DNA from: Ascidiella aspersa
Lineage: Eukaryota
Assembly (NCBI GenBank): GCA_963924565.1
Contig: OZ004607.1
Location: 14,012,001 to 14,076,000, forward strand
Reading direction: 5' to 3'
Length of the DNA: 64,000 bases
Each line of letters starts with the position of its first letter. Position 1 is the first letter of the stretch. Both the position numbers and the translations under genes were made by a program. Shown here in pieces: positions 1-13,227 of the stretch. Below the pieces are notes generated by a model. That model was not told the origin of the DNA and ran no database searches. It saw only the letters and a program-made list of their open reading frames with translations.

Positions 1-913
1 ACGTTTGGTCATTTATTATCAAATTATCTCAAACTTAAAGGCATCGTACGTTATTAACAACTTTTGAATGGAGCAATAATAAAATCTAATTTTTTCGCAT
101 ACTCCATTAAAAAAACTTTGGGCAGTTTCCTTAGGATAGCTCATCTATTCATCCAAATGGTCGATGTGAAAAAACTCGTAGGCTACCTGATCTATTTATA
201 TATCTCATGGGCATGGCGGGATCAGCCGAAAAATAAACAATTTAATTACAGCTCGCTCGCCGCATTTCCTTTATAATTTCCGCTAAAACAACAGGTTCTC
301 CTGGGAATGAAGAGGACAGCAATCATCTTCAACCAATTTTCACACGCGCGTCATTATGACGCCATACTAACAAGCCTATAGCTGCGCCCAATTAAAATTT
401 AAAGGAAACATACGTTGGGTCGTTGAGTTACACTTACGGGGAATAATGAACTGTGGAGAAAGGAGGCCGAAACGGTCCGGAACAGCATCCGGTAAAATTC
501 TTGCCGGTACGCTTTTTCGGCAAAAAATATGTAATTTTTTCACGAGGCCAAATCCTTAAGCTATATTTTTTGTTTTAAGCACGTTTTTAAAATTAATTTT
601 ACCTTCACCCCTGAGTATTATATATAAGGATGATATAAGGATGCACCTGACTTAAACCGTTCTTTACCGCCACAGAAAACCGTCATATCACAAATATACA
701 ACGCTGAAACGCAAGGGTGTTTCCCAAGATAAATGACAGATTTAACCACTGGTAATGATGATTCACCTAGCAACGTAGGATTTAAACGACTTTGTTATAT
801 CAGTAGTACCGATTCGTTACTAGCTGAAATTTTCTAAAACTGAGTTAGTAAGTTGCCCTTATTTATTCTATTTAAAATTTAATTTTAGACGCCGATTAAA
901 TTATACAACCTTG

Positions 914-961
914 TCGAGTGCAACGTTTTATTACAATTCGAGTGCAACGTTTTATTACAAT
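914..961. repeat. 24-bp direct tandem duplication
   Basis: TCGAGTGCAACGTTTTATTACAAT occurs twice in tandem. Confidence 0.9.
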
Positions 962-1100
962 TCCTCACTCCACAACACTTGAAAGTTTTATGTCACTAAC
1001 AGTGTTTTTTTTTTTTTGGTAATTAGGCCTACTAATTAGCAATTTTTTTTTTTTTTTGAGTACAGAATTAAACATTTTGGCGGTGCATATAACTCTAAAC

Positions 1101-1761
1101 CAGGGTTTTCTAACCTTTTTTGTATGTTTTACCCTTTTAATAAAGATGGATATCAGATTTATCCCCAATATATTAAATAGTGCTTATTTATTAAAAAACG
1201 AAAGTAAAAAATTACATCAGTTATTATATTAAATGCGACGGCTGCCCTTTGCTTTTGGCAACCAATTGTTCAATGCCTGGTACGGTAAAAAGTAGATAAT
1301 GCACAACGAATATCAGATTCAACATGAAGTCGGTTTCGTGCTTTATATTTGATAGAGTAAGCAATGCAGAGAAGCCGCATTCGCATAGGTAAGTTGAAAA
1401 ACACGAAACCAGAATATTCAAACTAAACCTTAAACACACTGTCTGCCGGAAAAAGCTGAATTTAAACAGAAAATGACGAAACAATAAAGTAACTAAAAGA
1501 TAAGGGTGTTGCCAATAAACTAAAAAAAGGTATCAATTAGGAAAGCTTAACGTTACCGACACTAAACGATAATCAATAAGCTTGGCTATTTTCAAATTAG
1601 CAGTTAATCTGAACTAGGAGAGTAGGCTACCAATACCTACAGCTGTCAATCTTTTTCTGTCTAGTCAACTCATGTGAATATTTTGATTGATAGCTCATTT
1701 ACCCCCTAAAACGAGAAAATTAACCCCCTGGGGTAAATTTATCCCTGGTTGAGAAAGGCTG
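1101..1761 (-). mobile_element. Non-autonomous hAT (Buster/Charlie-like) element with transposase C-terminal remnant
   Basis: Ends CAGGGTTTTCTAACC ... GGTTGAGAAAGGCTG with a perfect 8-bp TSD CTCTAAAC. The internal minus-strand frame reads FSTYLCECGFSALL...IEQLVAKSKGQPSH, resembling the hAT dimerisation domain. Confidence 0.85.
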
Positions 1762-1800
1762 CTCTAAACCTTTCAGCATTGTTACGTATGAAAATAAAAG

Positions 1801-1960
1801 ACGCTGCTGGTCTAGAATTTTAGCAGTGTTTAAACAACTTTTAAATCAACGCACAGTATTGGTTTAGGGTGCGGGTTAGCGTATGGGTTTGGGTGGGTCA
1901 AGCATTCTTATTTTAATATTATTTGACCCACCCACTCCAAAACGCTATTCTAGTCTAGGC
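1801..1960. mobile_element. Fragment of the GGGTTAGGGT-containing foldback element family (related to 27491-28209)
   Basis: Shares GCTGGTCTAGAATT, TAGGGTGCGGGTTAGCG, GGGTGGGTCAAG and TTGACCCACCC with the 27.5-28.2 kb element. Confidence 0.7.
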
Positions 1961-4085
1961 CAGCGCCCAATAAAATTATATAACAGATTCTTAAGCAGGT
2001 CTACCGTACTTTTTTACAGTAGCCTGTGTGCGCTATACGCAATCAGGAATCCTGTTTCGGTTAGGATTGTACCTAATTGTCTTTGTCAGCAGACTCTATT
2101 TATATGATTATAAATAACATTAATATGAAACTTTACACTGCGCACTGCTTTAAATTGCGCACACGCGCTCTGTCAAGTGAAGAGATAGCATTGCGTCCCA
2201 TTCACAGTTGTCCATTATGTCACCAATGGCCAAACAATACGTAAAATCTTATTCTTTTTAAATAACTATAAGCTACCAAACTACTGTACTACACAACCTA
2301 TAAATGCTGATCTGACATCGAAAAAAAAAATAATTCAGTTTTAAGATCTCAATTTGTAAAAGCTTGTAGCTTTACTGACAACACTGTTTGGTGGGTCACC
2401 GTATTTGCTCACTCACACATACGAGGCCTCTTTTGCATTCCCCATACATCTAATTACAAACAATTCGGCTTTTACGTGAAACGTTTGGTGATTGTTATAG
2501 AACTCTCTTTTAGAGTACAACCATTTTAACAAAACTCGTTCCTAATTATCCAACAGCACCGAACCTTGCTCAGTTATTAAATATATTTATTTTTTATTTT
2601 TAAATTTGTGCAGCATATTTTACTCTAAACTAAATATCGCAGCCTATTATACTTTTTACCCAAAAAATAATATCGAATCAAAAGTATTTTAGGACTTCTG
2701 CTAGCAACCATTATTTACATCGTAATGCCACGGAGAAGACACGCAACAATTTTCGTCCTGTACAAATCTATTGCGCCTATTTGGTACAAACATATTGCTT
2801 AGTGGTAACGTTACTCTGAGACGTAAGAATTCTCCAGCATTAAACTAAAATTTGTTTTGTTAAAAGTGTACCGTTTTACCAAAAGATCGACTATAGCGAA
2901 AATGCCAACGCTAAAGGCTGTGGTTCTCAAACTTTTGCGACGCTTTTGAAAAACATGTATTTAATTACTAATTTATTCATTGGTTTGTTTCTATCACAAA
3001 ATCCTAATCATTTGCTGTAGTTGTTCGTATTAATGATTTCGAATGTACATGTCATGCATTAGAAATATTTACAAGCATTCTATAACTGCAGAGTTTGAAT
3101 AGGAAATGGAATAATTTGCCTCCGATTTAGCGCATAACGACATTAAAATGTCTAACCTAATCGTAAACAATATTGAAAAACTAGGATTGGCAGTTAAGAG
3201 TTGTTAAAAAGGACTCTTTTAGATCTATCTTGATTGAAAGTATCCTAATTGTTTTTTCAGAAATAATTCCGGAACACGACATCACATGTCGATGCGGTTG
3301 ACAGGACCTCGGTACGCCCGCAATACACATGTCAAAATTTCCTGTCTGTGGTGGATTAAGGGTGTCGATGACTTTGTCACCGACATGGCGGCCACGTCAA
3401 ATGTGCCAGTCATAAAATATCTTTAAGATTTTTGAAGCATAGATTGAATATCCGTCGTTTGATGTCCAACCTAACGAAGGTTGGCTTTACGTGGGACTAT
3501 TTATTTAAATTACTTAAAGCAAAGGGATAAAGTCTGGGAACTTCAGCATTCAATTATTTGACAAAGCATTTTCTGCACCCAGTTAAATGTCAACATCATT
3601 CAAATCAAGTTCCAAAAGGTCTTACGATCAGCCTAGTTGTTTCGCGCTCTAGGATATGTTAGAATTTGTCAAAACGAGCTAACATGCATGCATGCATGGC
3701 CCAAGTTCTAAAACAGACCCAACTTCGTACGTCAGAGCTCCCACATTCTGCGTCACGGCGCGAAAAGCAGTTGTCTAAAATTAGCAATCACCTAGCTGCT
3801 CGCTCAAACGACGGTAGTGGTCAAAGTTTACGGGCACCCGTTTGTCACACATGTCGACAAGCAATCCACTCGCTCGCTACAATTCGTGCAGCAATAAATG
3901 TGGTCACAAGCTTCCTGCCGCATGCGTCCAAACGCTTCAACCCGCAAAACCACCTCGGCGGGATACTAGAGTGCTTCCTGACGACTGCGTATTCTTATAA
4001 AATAACAAAAAACAAGGGAAGCAACGGCAACCTCACACACAAGTATCGCGGTCTGTTTTTTTATTTAGAAACAACAAGGTCGGTT

Positions 4086-7000
4086 TCATGCCTGAATCTG
4101 GGCCTCCTGCAGCTTGGCTTTGGCAGATCGTTCTGCCACCTGGCAGGCGATGCGATCGAGATCACGTTGTCCGTCCTTGGTGATTCTTCGGCCACTGCAA
4201 AGACATAAGAGGTCACTGTGAATTGCTGCCTACTGCGTCGGTCATCGTTGGTTGGTGTAACAATTTTAAACTTTAAGAACATAATGAAAAGTGAACTGTA
4301 ACACGAACGGTTCGAACGTACCACGTTTTCTAAAGCGGGCTAAAACCTAGTTTTATTCAGTACTATGACATAAAATAAAAAAAATTGACCAGTTGAAATT
4401 TAATGAACAAAATGCAAAATTCCTACCTATACTGTTTAATATAGCTGAATTCTAGCACAATTACCAATTATTTCTGACACGTGATAAGTTTTAATATAAT
4501 TTTGATATTGCAAAATAAAAGGTGAATGATGCCCTACTTCAGGGGCGTGCAACCTTTCATACTGCCGGGCCAAATATGTGTATTCGGATTAGACCACGGG
4601 CCACATGCATATATCTCGTCGACTACCTGTTAGTGCAGTGGTCGACAAACTTTTTGTTGCGGCCCAAAGTAGTCTTTTCAGAGCTACTTAAAAGGCCCAC
4701 CACGAAAACAGTGGAGCGCATTCAGGCTATAATATAAAACATTATATAAAAAAAATATCCGCGCGCAGCGCGAAAAATTTGCGTTGACATAGTTATTAAG
4801 TTGGCAAAAAATATAGTTTTACAGGCTCACAAGACCACATTTGACACGTGCTTGGTCTTTCCAAGCTGAGCCAATTTAAAACATTATATGCCACACCAAT
4901 TGTTAAAATAAATTGCAAAGAATGTACGGCTATCATGCGGCCAACAACTACGGTATATGATAACATGAAGCTATTAAAAAATAACTCGCTTAGTTGTGCG
5001 GGCCAAAAACCAAAGCACACCGCGGGCCACATATTTTGGTTCAGCGGCCCGCATTTGGCTCGCGGGCCGCAGGTTGCACGCCCCTGCCCTACTTGATAGA
5101 CATCTGGAAATGTCAATTATAACTTTTTTTGATAGTCATTTAAGCATATGTTTTAAACTTCTAACCAACTATAAAAATTAAACAAACGTTTTTAAAATAC
5201 AATATTCAAAGATGTGGCACGGGCGCGAAACTCGGACAGGGTTTCATCGGAATGTATGTCATAAACATTAGGCGTCTAGGAAATCCCTTTTACGAAAACA
5301 ACCAACAAACGTATGCCGCGTCTATGTTATTATTAGATAAAAATAACTTGAAGTAGTTTACTACAATATCATCTTGTTTAAAGGCAACGTGTGGTACAGT
5401 TTCTTTAAAAACAATAGATCTGCACCGACTTACAGGTTTATGCAAGCCAAAACTTAAAAGCCTACAAACGCGTTTATGATGCGCTAACGTCACGGTGGAA
5501 GTCAAGGTGCTTGTGTCTTTAAATTTCTCCTGAATTGCATTATAATCTACCAGGTATTAACAAAGCAGTGTCCTGTTTACGTAGATACGCTCGGTAAAGG
5601 GATGTTTCGAGAAACTATCACAAAAATACGTTTTGTTTGGTGAACTAAACGTTTTGTTGGTCGAAGCGTGCGGAAGTGAAGTGTATACTGGTTGCTGTGT
5701 ACGAGAGTCTTTCTGAGAACGTGTTAGGGGAAGTGATGCGAAGCATTTCAAAACCTTTCAATATTTGACGTGACAAGGAAAGGCGAACATTGACCTATGC
5801 GTTTTGGTCTTTCTACAATCGGGACAAAAATCGCTCTGCTAAGGTCGCAGGAAATTCAGGGCGCTGACAAACATGCCATTAAGGTGATTGGTAGTTGTTG
5901 TTTTGAAGGATAACAATTTTAAGGCAGGAGTGTTGCCTACAGATTCCGAAAATGGCACAAAAGCTGAGCAACTATCGACAGAGATCTACCACAAACGTGA
6001 TTTGGTGAAGACATCCCTATGTTCCATATTGCTTATTATTTTTTTATTATTTAGCATATATCAGCTTATATCAACTTTTAAAAATAAAATAAATTGAAAG
6101 GGCAAAAAAGCCAACAACACGTCTATCTTTAAAGGTGCGTCTCACTGTAGAAAGATCAACTGGTCTTGTTATTGCAAAGCGTTATACCTTGCGATATTTT
6201 GAGCGCAAAGAATGCATTTGTAATTGATCAGGTTGGACAACTTTCAAGTTGAAAGTACAAATGACATGATAGGCATGGCACCATTTGGCCAAATGCATTT
6301 CCTCAAAACGGGCTAACGTACGTTCACAAAACCTCCCCTTATGCCTGCAAAACCGTACCAAGAAGCATTGAAAACATACTTACAAACCGAAAAAAAAAAC
6401 GGTCTTAAAGGAAAAACGATGTTGACGCTGACCTAAATATGTAACTTAGATACCTGTGAGGTATTAAACGCTTGTCCTAAATTTAAATATAAGCTAGAGT
6501 GCAAAAACTACTTATGGCGCTTTTATGCTTAAAATACTCCTGATGCGGACTTGGTTAGATTAATTATTACCGACCTAATTTACCGGGTCATTGAATGCCG
6601 AGAACTTTGTACCACGTTTAAAGCGGTTGTTTAATTCGTTGCGGGTGTATCGCGAATTAGGCAATATTGGCCTTCAGTCCTTGGCGTTAATATAATTTGT
6701 CAACAAATCTAGTAGGTGTGATAACAACAACCAGATTTTTTAAAACGCACTCGCCAATCGAAGGAGTGAATGTCCATCAACACTCGCCTGGAGTGCATAA
6801 TCTTAAACTGGCAAAATACATTGGGGAGAATTTACTTTGTTGTATCATTCTGAGAAACGTTGGTACGAGTTGTTTAGTGGGGAAAAGAGGCAGTACTACG
6901 GGTTGAAGTGTTTTCCTATTTTAAAAACTACTCGGGAATTCGATCATACGTAGAAATGTTATGTTTGCTGTTTTTGTTCAACTTTTACTGACAGAGCTAA

Positions 7001-10000
7001 TACTTCGGGGCACAAGGTCATGCTCCCCATTTATATATTTTTGTCGATTTTAAGTACGTGATCAAACAAAAATTTCTCGTGCTTCAAGAGCTGTACATTA
7101 TCGCATAACTTCGCTTGAGAACCACTAGTGTATTTAACACGATGACAAAAAGGAAAAGCAGACACAAGCACCCGCATGTTGTGTTTTCGCATCTCTTTGT
7201 GTACTTCTTAATGTCACAACAATTTATGCGCCTATGTTGCAACTCTAACACAACTGTTTTTCGTAAAAATAGCCTTGTTAAATATTTAAATATAACTCTT
7301 AGATAACTATTGCTCGATGGTTATTTAATTGTTTTTTGTCTTACCGTGATAAAGTTTACACGTTCCTCAGGTGGATAACATTTAACTTTATGGTGCAAAA
7401 AAGATCTGGGCCACAAATGCCTGTTAGCAGAAGCCTGGCAGACTATGCCCACCTGGATGAGACGTTCAACGAATTGAAATGTCCATTGGGCAGCCTTAAA
7501 ACTGGTTGTTATAAAATAAGTAGCTCTATATCGCCACCTTTTGGTCACCGGATGTTTGTAGGCGAGTGCTGATAGGGAGGCTATGGCCTGGCTGGAGAGT
7601 GTAAATTATAATTCAAGGCCGACCCTGCATACACAGTGAAGTGCATCATGCCATAGTATGCATAATATCTGTTCGCTGAATAGATATGCTTCAGAGACTC
7701 AGCCATAGCTAAACGAGGGCGAAGTTTGTGCAAAGTGCGATTTTTTTTTTGCTTTTACATAATTAAAATAAACATAATTTAAAACAGCCAAAAGTATAGT
7801 TTAAGCCTTAGATAGAACAGCATGGCCTAGTACATCCTCGTTATGCCCATGCGAATGTCATAACTGTCTATATAACAAGAATGGTGACTATCAGGATTGC
7901 TTTTTTAACTCTAAAGAACTACTTGCCAAATCAAAGTATAACTGCAAATACACAACCGTTCTATCGAAATTTAGTACTTTTTAAACTAATAAACAACCTA
8001 TATGCTGAACACTGGCTTTTCCCTGCTAAACAATGTGCTTTGTATTTTTTTTAGAATGGTACAAAAAAATTATTTCCTGCCAATTTTAGTGCATAACGAT
8101 CCTACATATTCAACATTTAAAAAAAATATTGGATTGCATACATGTGTAGAACAAGCACATGTTTGCTTGGGAAATAGATTTTTCAAAAAAAATTTTTTTT
8201 TATATTTTTGGGTCAATTTCTTTGGTTTTCTGTCTGATTCTTCGGCCGAAATAGTCGCCAGCTTTCTGCCATACTGGTGTAAATAGTTGAAATACAACGT
8301 AAAAATAATTAATAACAAAACTCTAGTATATTATTGGAATAGGAAATGGGATAAATAACTGCATCAAAAGCGAAAAAATACAGGAAATATTTTGCAATAC
8401 ATTGCTCAAAATCAGAGATACACAACTGTATAAAGCCAAAGCGAAGTTCGAGGTGAACTTAATGCGATAAACCAGGCCTGCATGGTTAATTCTGCTGGCT
8501 CGTGTTCATCATATATTACTTTGAAGATTTAATAGACTTAAATGTCATTAAATTTAATTAAAAACTAATTTTTTCATAGACATTTTCAAAAAGCTGAATA
8601 TATATATTCAGTAGAAAGAGAGTGGCCCAAATAATAGATAAAAGATTCATTCTTTTATTAGCAAACGTTTCGGCAATTTATTTTGCCATCATCAGTGCAG
8701 TAAGTGACTTACTGCACTGAATATATATATATTTTCGATTTATATGTAATTTTAATCGATTTGAAATAATTTTGACAAATTTTGACTTAACATGCAAATT
8801 TTGACAAAATTATTAAGTCAAAAAATAATCGCCCTAGTTATAATATGTGCAGTGGAGAATAGCTCGTTTAATTTTGATGTTTAAAACAGATTTTTTTTTA
8901 GACAACAAAATACTGAAATCCTAACACTGGGTGTATCACTCCAACAAACTGTTCTAAAGGTGCAAAAAAAATGATTATTACACACAGAAAATATTTTTAA
9001 GGGGCAAATGATAAATATGACAAATCTTACCCCATTTCGTCCTTGGTGACAAGTTTTATGGCTTCCAAAGACTGGAGAGCCTTTCTTGCAATGGAAGAGG
9101 AGCCACGGCAGAAATGTGATGGTTTTGTTCCTCTGCTCTTTCGGCCTGAATGTACAAGAAACAAACAACAGTTATAATTCATTAAAAATAAAAACTACCA
9201 GATGAATATTTCATATATATAACAGTTTAGCAGGACTTAATTATCTATAGAATTCGCTATTCTTATACAAGATTGCAAAATAATACATAGACAGGTAAGC
9301 ATTTATAGCAAACACTTATTTTATTGATTATTGACTTTCTGAAATTGGCAGTCCTAGGCTACAGAGCTAATAGTGACAAACATTATACAAGATCCAACAT
9401 ACCGCCATAAATTTTTTGGAAAGATTTTACTCCAACACCACCTCTCATGTACAAGTGACGGATGATGGAAGCGCATCTAATGTAGAACCAGTCCTGATTG
9501 TAAGGGGACAACTCCTTGAATTTTGCAGTCTTCACCAAATCAACCCATTCTGGGACTCTTAGTTTTCCAGACCTTAACAAATTAACAACTACTTCTAAAA
9601 TACCAGTGTAAAAATGCTGTTTCCTTTACACAATTTGAAATGCAATAGTATTGATGTAAGTTGAAAAAGTCATTAGGTTCAAGTGCATCAGTCTTGGTAA
9701 CAAGTTTTAGATAACAATTGTAAAACAAGTATAAAAAAAGCATTTTCATACAAAAAAACAATTGTAGGATAACTTGTTAGGATTTTATTGCCCAACATGG
9801 CATTATTTATACCAGGGTGGTCCAAACCGAGGCCCGCGTCCCCATGTGGCCCCGCAACATCATTGTTCATGGCCCGCGAAGCACTGTTGAATTATTGTAA
9901 TGCGTGTAGTTGAGGGTTTAATCAAAGAAATATAAGTGACCAATGACCAGCAAGCATACTGCAACTGTTTGGTTATGATTACATTTTTCCGGTTACATTA

Positions 10001-12662
10001 TTAAATAAACCAGATTACTATCACTTATCAAGTTCGAATCTAGGGGGTGACAATGAACGCCTATTTTTTGTGATGTATTAGACCGGTTTGAAAGTCGCAC
10101 TACGTCCTATATGGGAATTTTTAAAATGGCTATTTTGCGAACCTATAAGTTATATTTGCTTTTTATTTTCAGTCTTTAATATAAGCATAACATAAAAATA
10201 CAGCCCAATATAAACTAATATTTCTGCCACTTTAAAGTAAATGACCGATAAAATATGCCGCGCTTCTGGAAAGTATTGTTTTACAGCAGTGGGCTGCCCT
10301 GGCACTCTATAAGGAGCCATTTTTGAGGCTTATGTGTGCCAAGATATTTCAAATTCTTTAGGATTTAAATTTTTGCTCTATTAGTGAGCTACTTAAAACA
10401 AATTTTTATGTACGATAAAATTCCAAAAATGGGTTTTGTCAACCTTGTTGCAAAGGTTCTGTTGCAATCTCGTTTATTGTAACGTTACAATTAACCACTC
10501 AGCAAGAATACAAGCAAGGGTATCGCAAACTATATAAAATTTCCGTAGTGTGTCGCAGGCCAAAAAAGGTCGCGAAACACTGTTTTAAAGGGTTTTCACT
10601 ATGACTAAAGGCTGACGCTCTCCGTGATGCAATTTGAGCCAAATTAATCTAGTTGAAAAAATTCTACGCTTATAAACGCTTCGCATACACCCTTTTGCCA
10701 GTCTCGTTGTCACTCGATTCCATTTGCGCAAAAGTTCAATGATAGTAGCAAGTTTGTGGAACTTTTATGTCCTTCAACGTTACATTTTGACGATGCTTTG
10801 CGCCGAAATCGTTAAACTATTTATACACAGAGCAAACAAAAATGTAGCCTGCTTTATGTGGCCCGCCAAGAGTATGTAACAAATATTGTGGCCCGCGATG
10901 CTGTCAACCTTACACCACCCTGATTTATACAACAAAAAAGGTTGTAGGACAACATCTTATTTATTTCATTATGTACACTTTTATATGGTATAAACCAGGG
11001 GTGCCCAACCTATAGCACACTAAGGCTTTCAGGTGGTAAAAAACAAGAGTAGCTTCCATTTTTAACAAAAACCTGGACTCACGAACTTTTATATTTTGTT
11101 TGTTTTTTTACAAAAAAAAATTCCTGAAGCCTATTCATTGTTATGTAACTATCCCTGTTGTTTCGTACTATTACGATCTTTATAATACAGGTCATGTATA
11201 TTGTCATCAATGAGCACCGTTACTTAAGCCCTACAGCGCTAAGGGACAGTGGGCATTAATTATGTCAAATATATAGTTGCCATTAATAGATATCATCTAC
11301 TGATTTATATCTTAATCTACAAATAGCATTGAACAATGCTAGTTGTAAGCTATAAATAGATGAAAATATGATTCAATCAAAATAGATGTTCTGCAAGAAG
11401 TGGTATGTGTTACAGTACAGAACATCCAAGTGGTACAAGGTCAAAAAAAGGCTGGGAACCCCTGGTATAAACAAAATGATCAAAAAATAAGACCATTTCT
11501 TGTCAATTAAATTAAAAAAAACTTTGTAGAAAATGTGAGTGGGGTAAATTTGCGTGTAAGTTCATATTAGGGCAGGTCATAAGCCGAGATCACAATCAAA
11601 ACAGTTTTCAAGTATAAACATTTTCTTCTTTGCAAGGAAAAACAAAAACTTATTATTTACATCACATTGCATTTTTATTGTATACTTTTCGCAAAGTTGA
11701 ATAAGGCTATTAATGAGTAATTTAGTTAAGGAAAGGTTTTGCAAAAGACACAAAATTTTAGTTTTGTGACATTAACAAATACATAAGGAGGATGCTTAAG
11801 TACAACCTGGGAAATCACTGTTAGAAAGATATATAGCTGTTTTGGGGTGAACTTGTGTGCAAATATGCAGCTTACAGCCAGATTAAGCACGGAAAAAATT
11901 AGTTAAATTTTTTATAAATATTAAAAATAACAACATTTATAATTCAATGAATAGAAATTGTTTGCCGAGGTTAGAGTCACACAGTTCTGATTGCATTCCA
12001 GTACCATTCTGCCAAAGATCTTTGGCATTAAACACTAGTCCTAAAATATGCCAGTGACACGTTCAGTGAAAAAAAAAACGCATTTTCAGAGTTGTATTTA
12101 ATTATGAAATTATATACAATCAGCCTCAAATTATGGAATGCAGTTGTGACACAGTGGAACATGTTACTATATAAAAAGGCTAAACTAGGTTTGTTTTTTA
12201 GATTGTTTAAAGCTAAAGCAGATAAAAAATTTCATAGCATCAGCTGACAAAATTTAAAAATTGCTCTGACTGTATGAAAACCGCCAAGCTTCATAAAAAT
12301 AAATTAATGGCTCGAGCCCGAAAAAAAAATACAAAAAGCTTCGGCAAAATGCTTGGCTCAGAAGCTTTGGTCTCCCAGTCCTGCTATCTGACCTACACTA
12401 TTCACAAAACTCGAGTTTTGGAAATGCAAACAGTAATATTTAAACAAATTAAACATTGCACAACATAACAAAATAAAGAGGTTGTTGCAAAGGCCTAGTA
12501 TTTTTTTATGCTGAAATATATTAATTATTGAACTTTAACTATTGAATAACAGATAAAAAGCATAAAATTCAAATACTTTGTAAAGACTTACTTCTTAAAG
12601 TGAGCAGCCAAGGCTACAACAAAGTCTTGCTGACTAACGTCTTTAACAGTCACGCGAACCAT
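4086..12662 (-). CDS. RPS19: 40S ribosomal protein S19 (eS19), 4 coding exons, 154 aa
   Basis: Exons 12592-12662 ([24 protein letters not shown]), 9403-9572 ([48 protein letters not shown]...), 9031-9145 ([28 protein letters not shown]...) and 4086-4194 ([19 protein letters not shown]...stop). All junctions are GT-AG, phases are consistent, total 465 nt. AATAAA follows the stop at about 4060. Confidence 0.97.
4540..5086. mobile_element. hAT MITE in the last RPS19 intron
   Basis: Perfect TIR CAGGGGCGTGCAACCT / AGGTTGCACGCCCCTG, perfect TSD CCCTACTT, GCGGGCC subterminal motifs. Confidence 0.9.
7630..8291. mobile_element. Dispersed repeat, possibly piggyBac-like non-autonomous element (right part)
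   Basis: 7635-7875 aligns by eye with 57523-57715 (AGTGAAGTGCA.CATGCCATAGTATGCATAATAT...TATAGTTTAAGCCTTAGAT.GAACAGCATG). The end near 8290 is an imperfect inverted match to the TTAA-starting end at about 57197. Confidence 0.5.
9813..10922. mobile_element. hAT MITE in RPS19 intron 2 with a nested second MITE (10287-10582)
   Basis: Ends CAGGGTGGT / ACCACCCTG with a perfect TSD ATTTATAC. The inner CAGTG...CACTG element has near-TSD TTTTACAG/TTTTAAAG. Confidence 0.8.
10996..11464. mobile_element. hAT MITE
   Basis: CAGGGGTGCCCAACC ... GGCTGGGAACCCCTG with perfect TSD GTATAAAC. Confidence 0.88.
11760..11890 (+). repeat. Fragment of the dispersed repeat also present at 57240-57400
   Basis: TGTGACA...AAATACATA...TGCT.AAGTACA.CCTGGG...AGCTGTTTTGGGG.GAACTT.TGTGCA is shared with 57248-57385. 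Confidence 0.65.
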
Positions 12663-12781
12663 CTGAAAAATACCAAAATATGGTGAGATATATTTTTGAA
12701 ATAGTTAATTGATGAACATCAGTATAATTATATAATATTTATATAAAAAAGTATCAATATAAGAGAGCTTTATAAACGTAC

Positions 12782-12810
12782 CTTCACGGCGTGTCTTGAC
12801 GGGAAAAGAA
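12782..12810 (-). promoter_or_regulatory. RPS19: RPS19 non-coding first exon with 5'TOP/TCT-type start
   Basis: Minus strand reads ttCTTTTCCCGTCAAGACACGCCGTGAAG|gtacgt: a pyrimidine-tract start typical of ribosomal protein genes, then a donor. The next acceptor (12663-12664) abuts the ATG. Confidence 0.8.
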
Positions 12811-13227
12811 TTTTTTTCTCTATCCGGATCTCTGGAGTCGCCTAATTCATAGAAATTATAGAAGCTAAATATCTTATTTGACAAAAAGCCTTAACTTACC
12901 ATATTAAGTCAATTGTTAACATTTTTTATGTAACGCTTAAACGTGTCTAGCCCAGGCTCTTGTATACATGTTTTAAATAAAAAATCATCAAATTGTTGCT
13001 ACATTTTTTATTTGTTTATATTTTACTACACGAAATACCCGGCGTTGCCCAGGTTAAAACCTTTTTCAAAGAGCGCGACATATTATCCTTGCAATAAGCG
13101 CGATATATTGCATGCATTCGTGCAATTCCCCGATTTTGCGTGGTTAAAAATCTATGTAGCAATTAAGCAGTCGATTGTTGATCACCATCGCGTATTATGG
13201 TGTACCATTTCCTTGTAAGTGTAAATT

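Noticed and set aside
3826-3923. Cys-rich 31-aa minus-strand micro-ORF (MRQEACDHIYCCTNC...) just downstream of the RPS19 poly(A) signal, considered as an operon-like downstream cistron
   Set aside because: Too short, the Cys spacing does not fit a RING or other known motif, and I found no linked exons.
3666-4208. 180-aa plus-strand ORF
   Set aside because: It is antisense to the last RPS19 exon and 3'UTR, starts at a TTG and has no recognisable domain.
7321-7572. ORFs on both strands within the piggyBac-like repeat
   Set aside because: Only a faint resemblance to a transposase C-terminus, with no catalytic motif seen.
8412-8513. Possible box C/D snoRNA in an RPS19 intron (ATGATGA ... CTGA on the minus strand)
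   Set aside because: No terminal stem, no convincing rRNA guide, and far from the 3' splice site.
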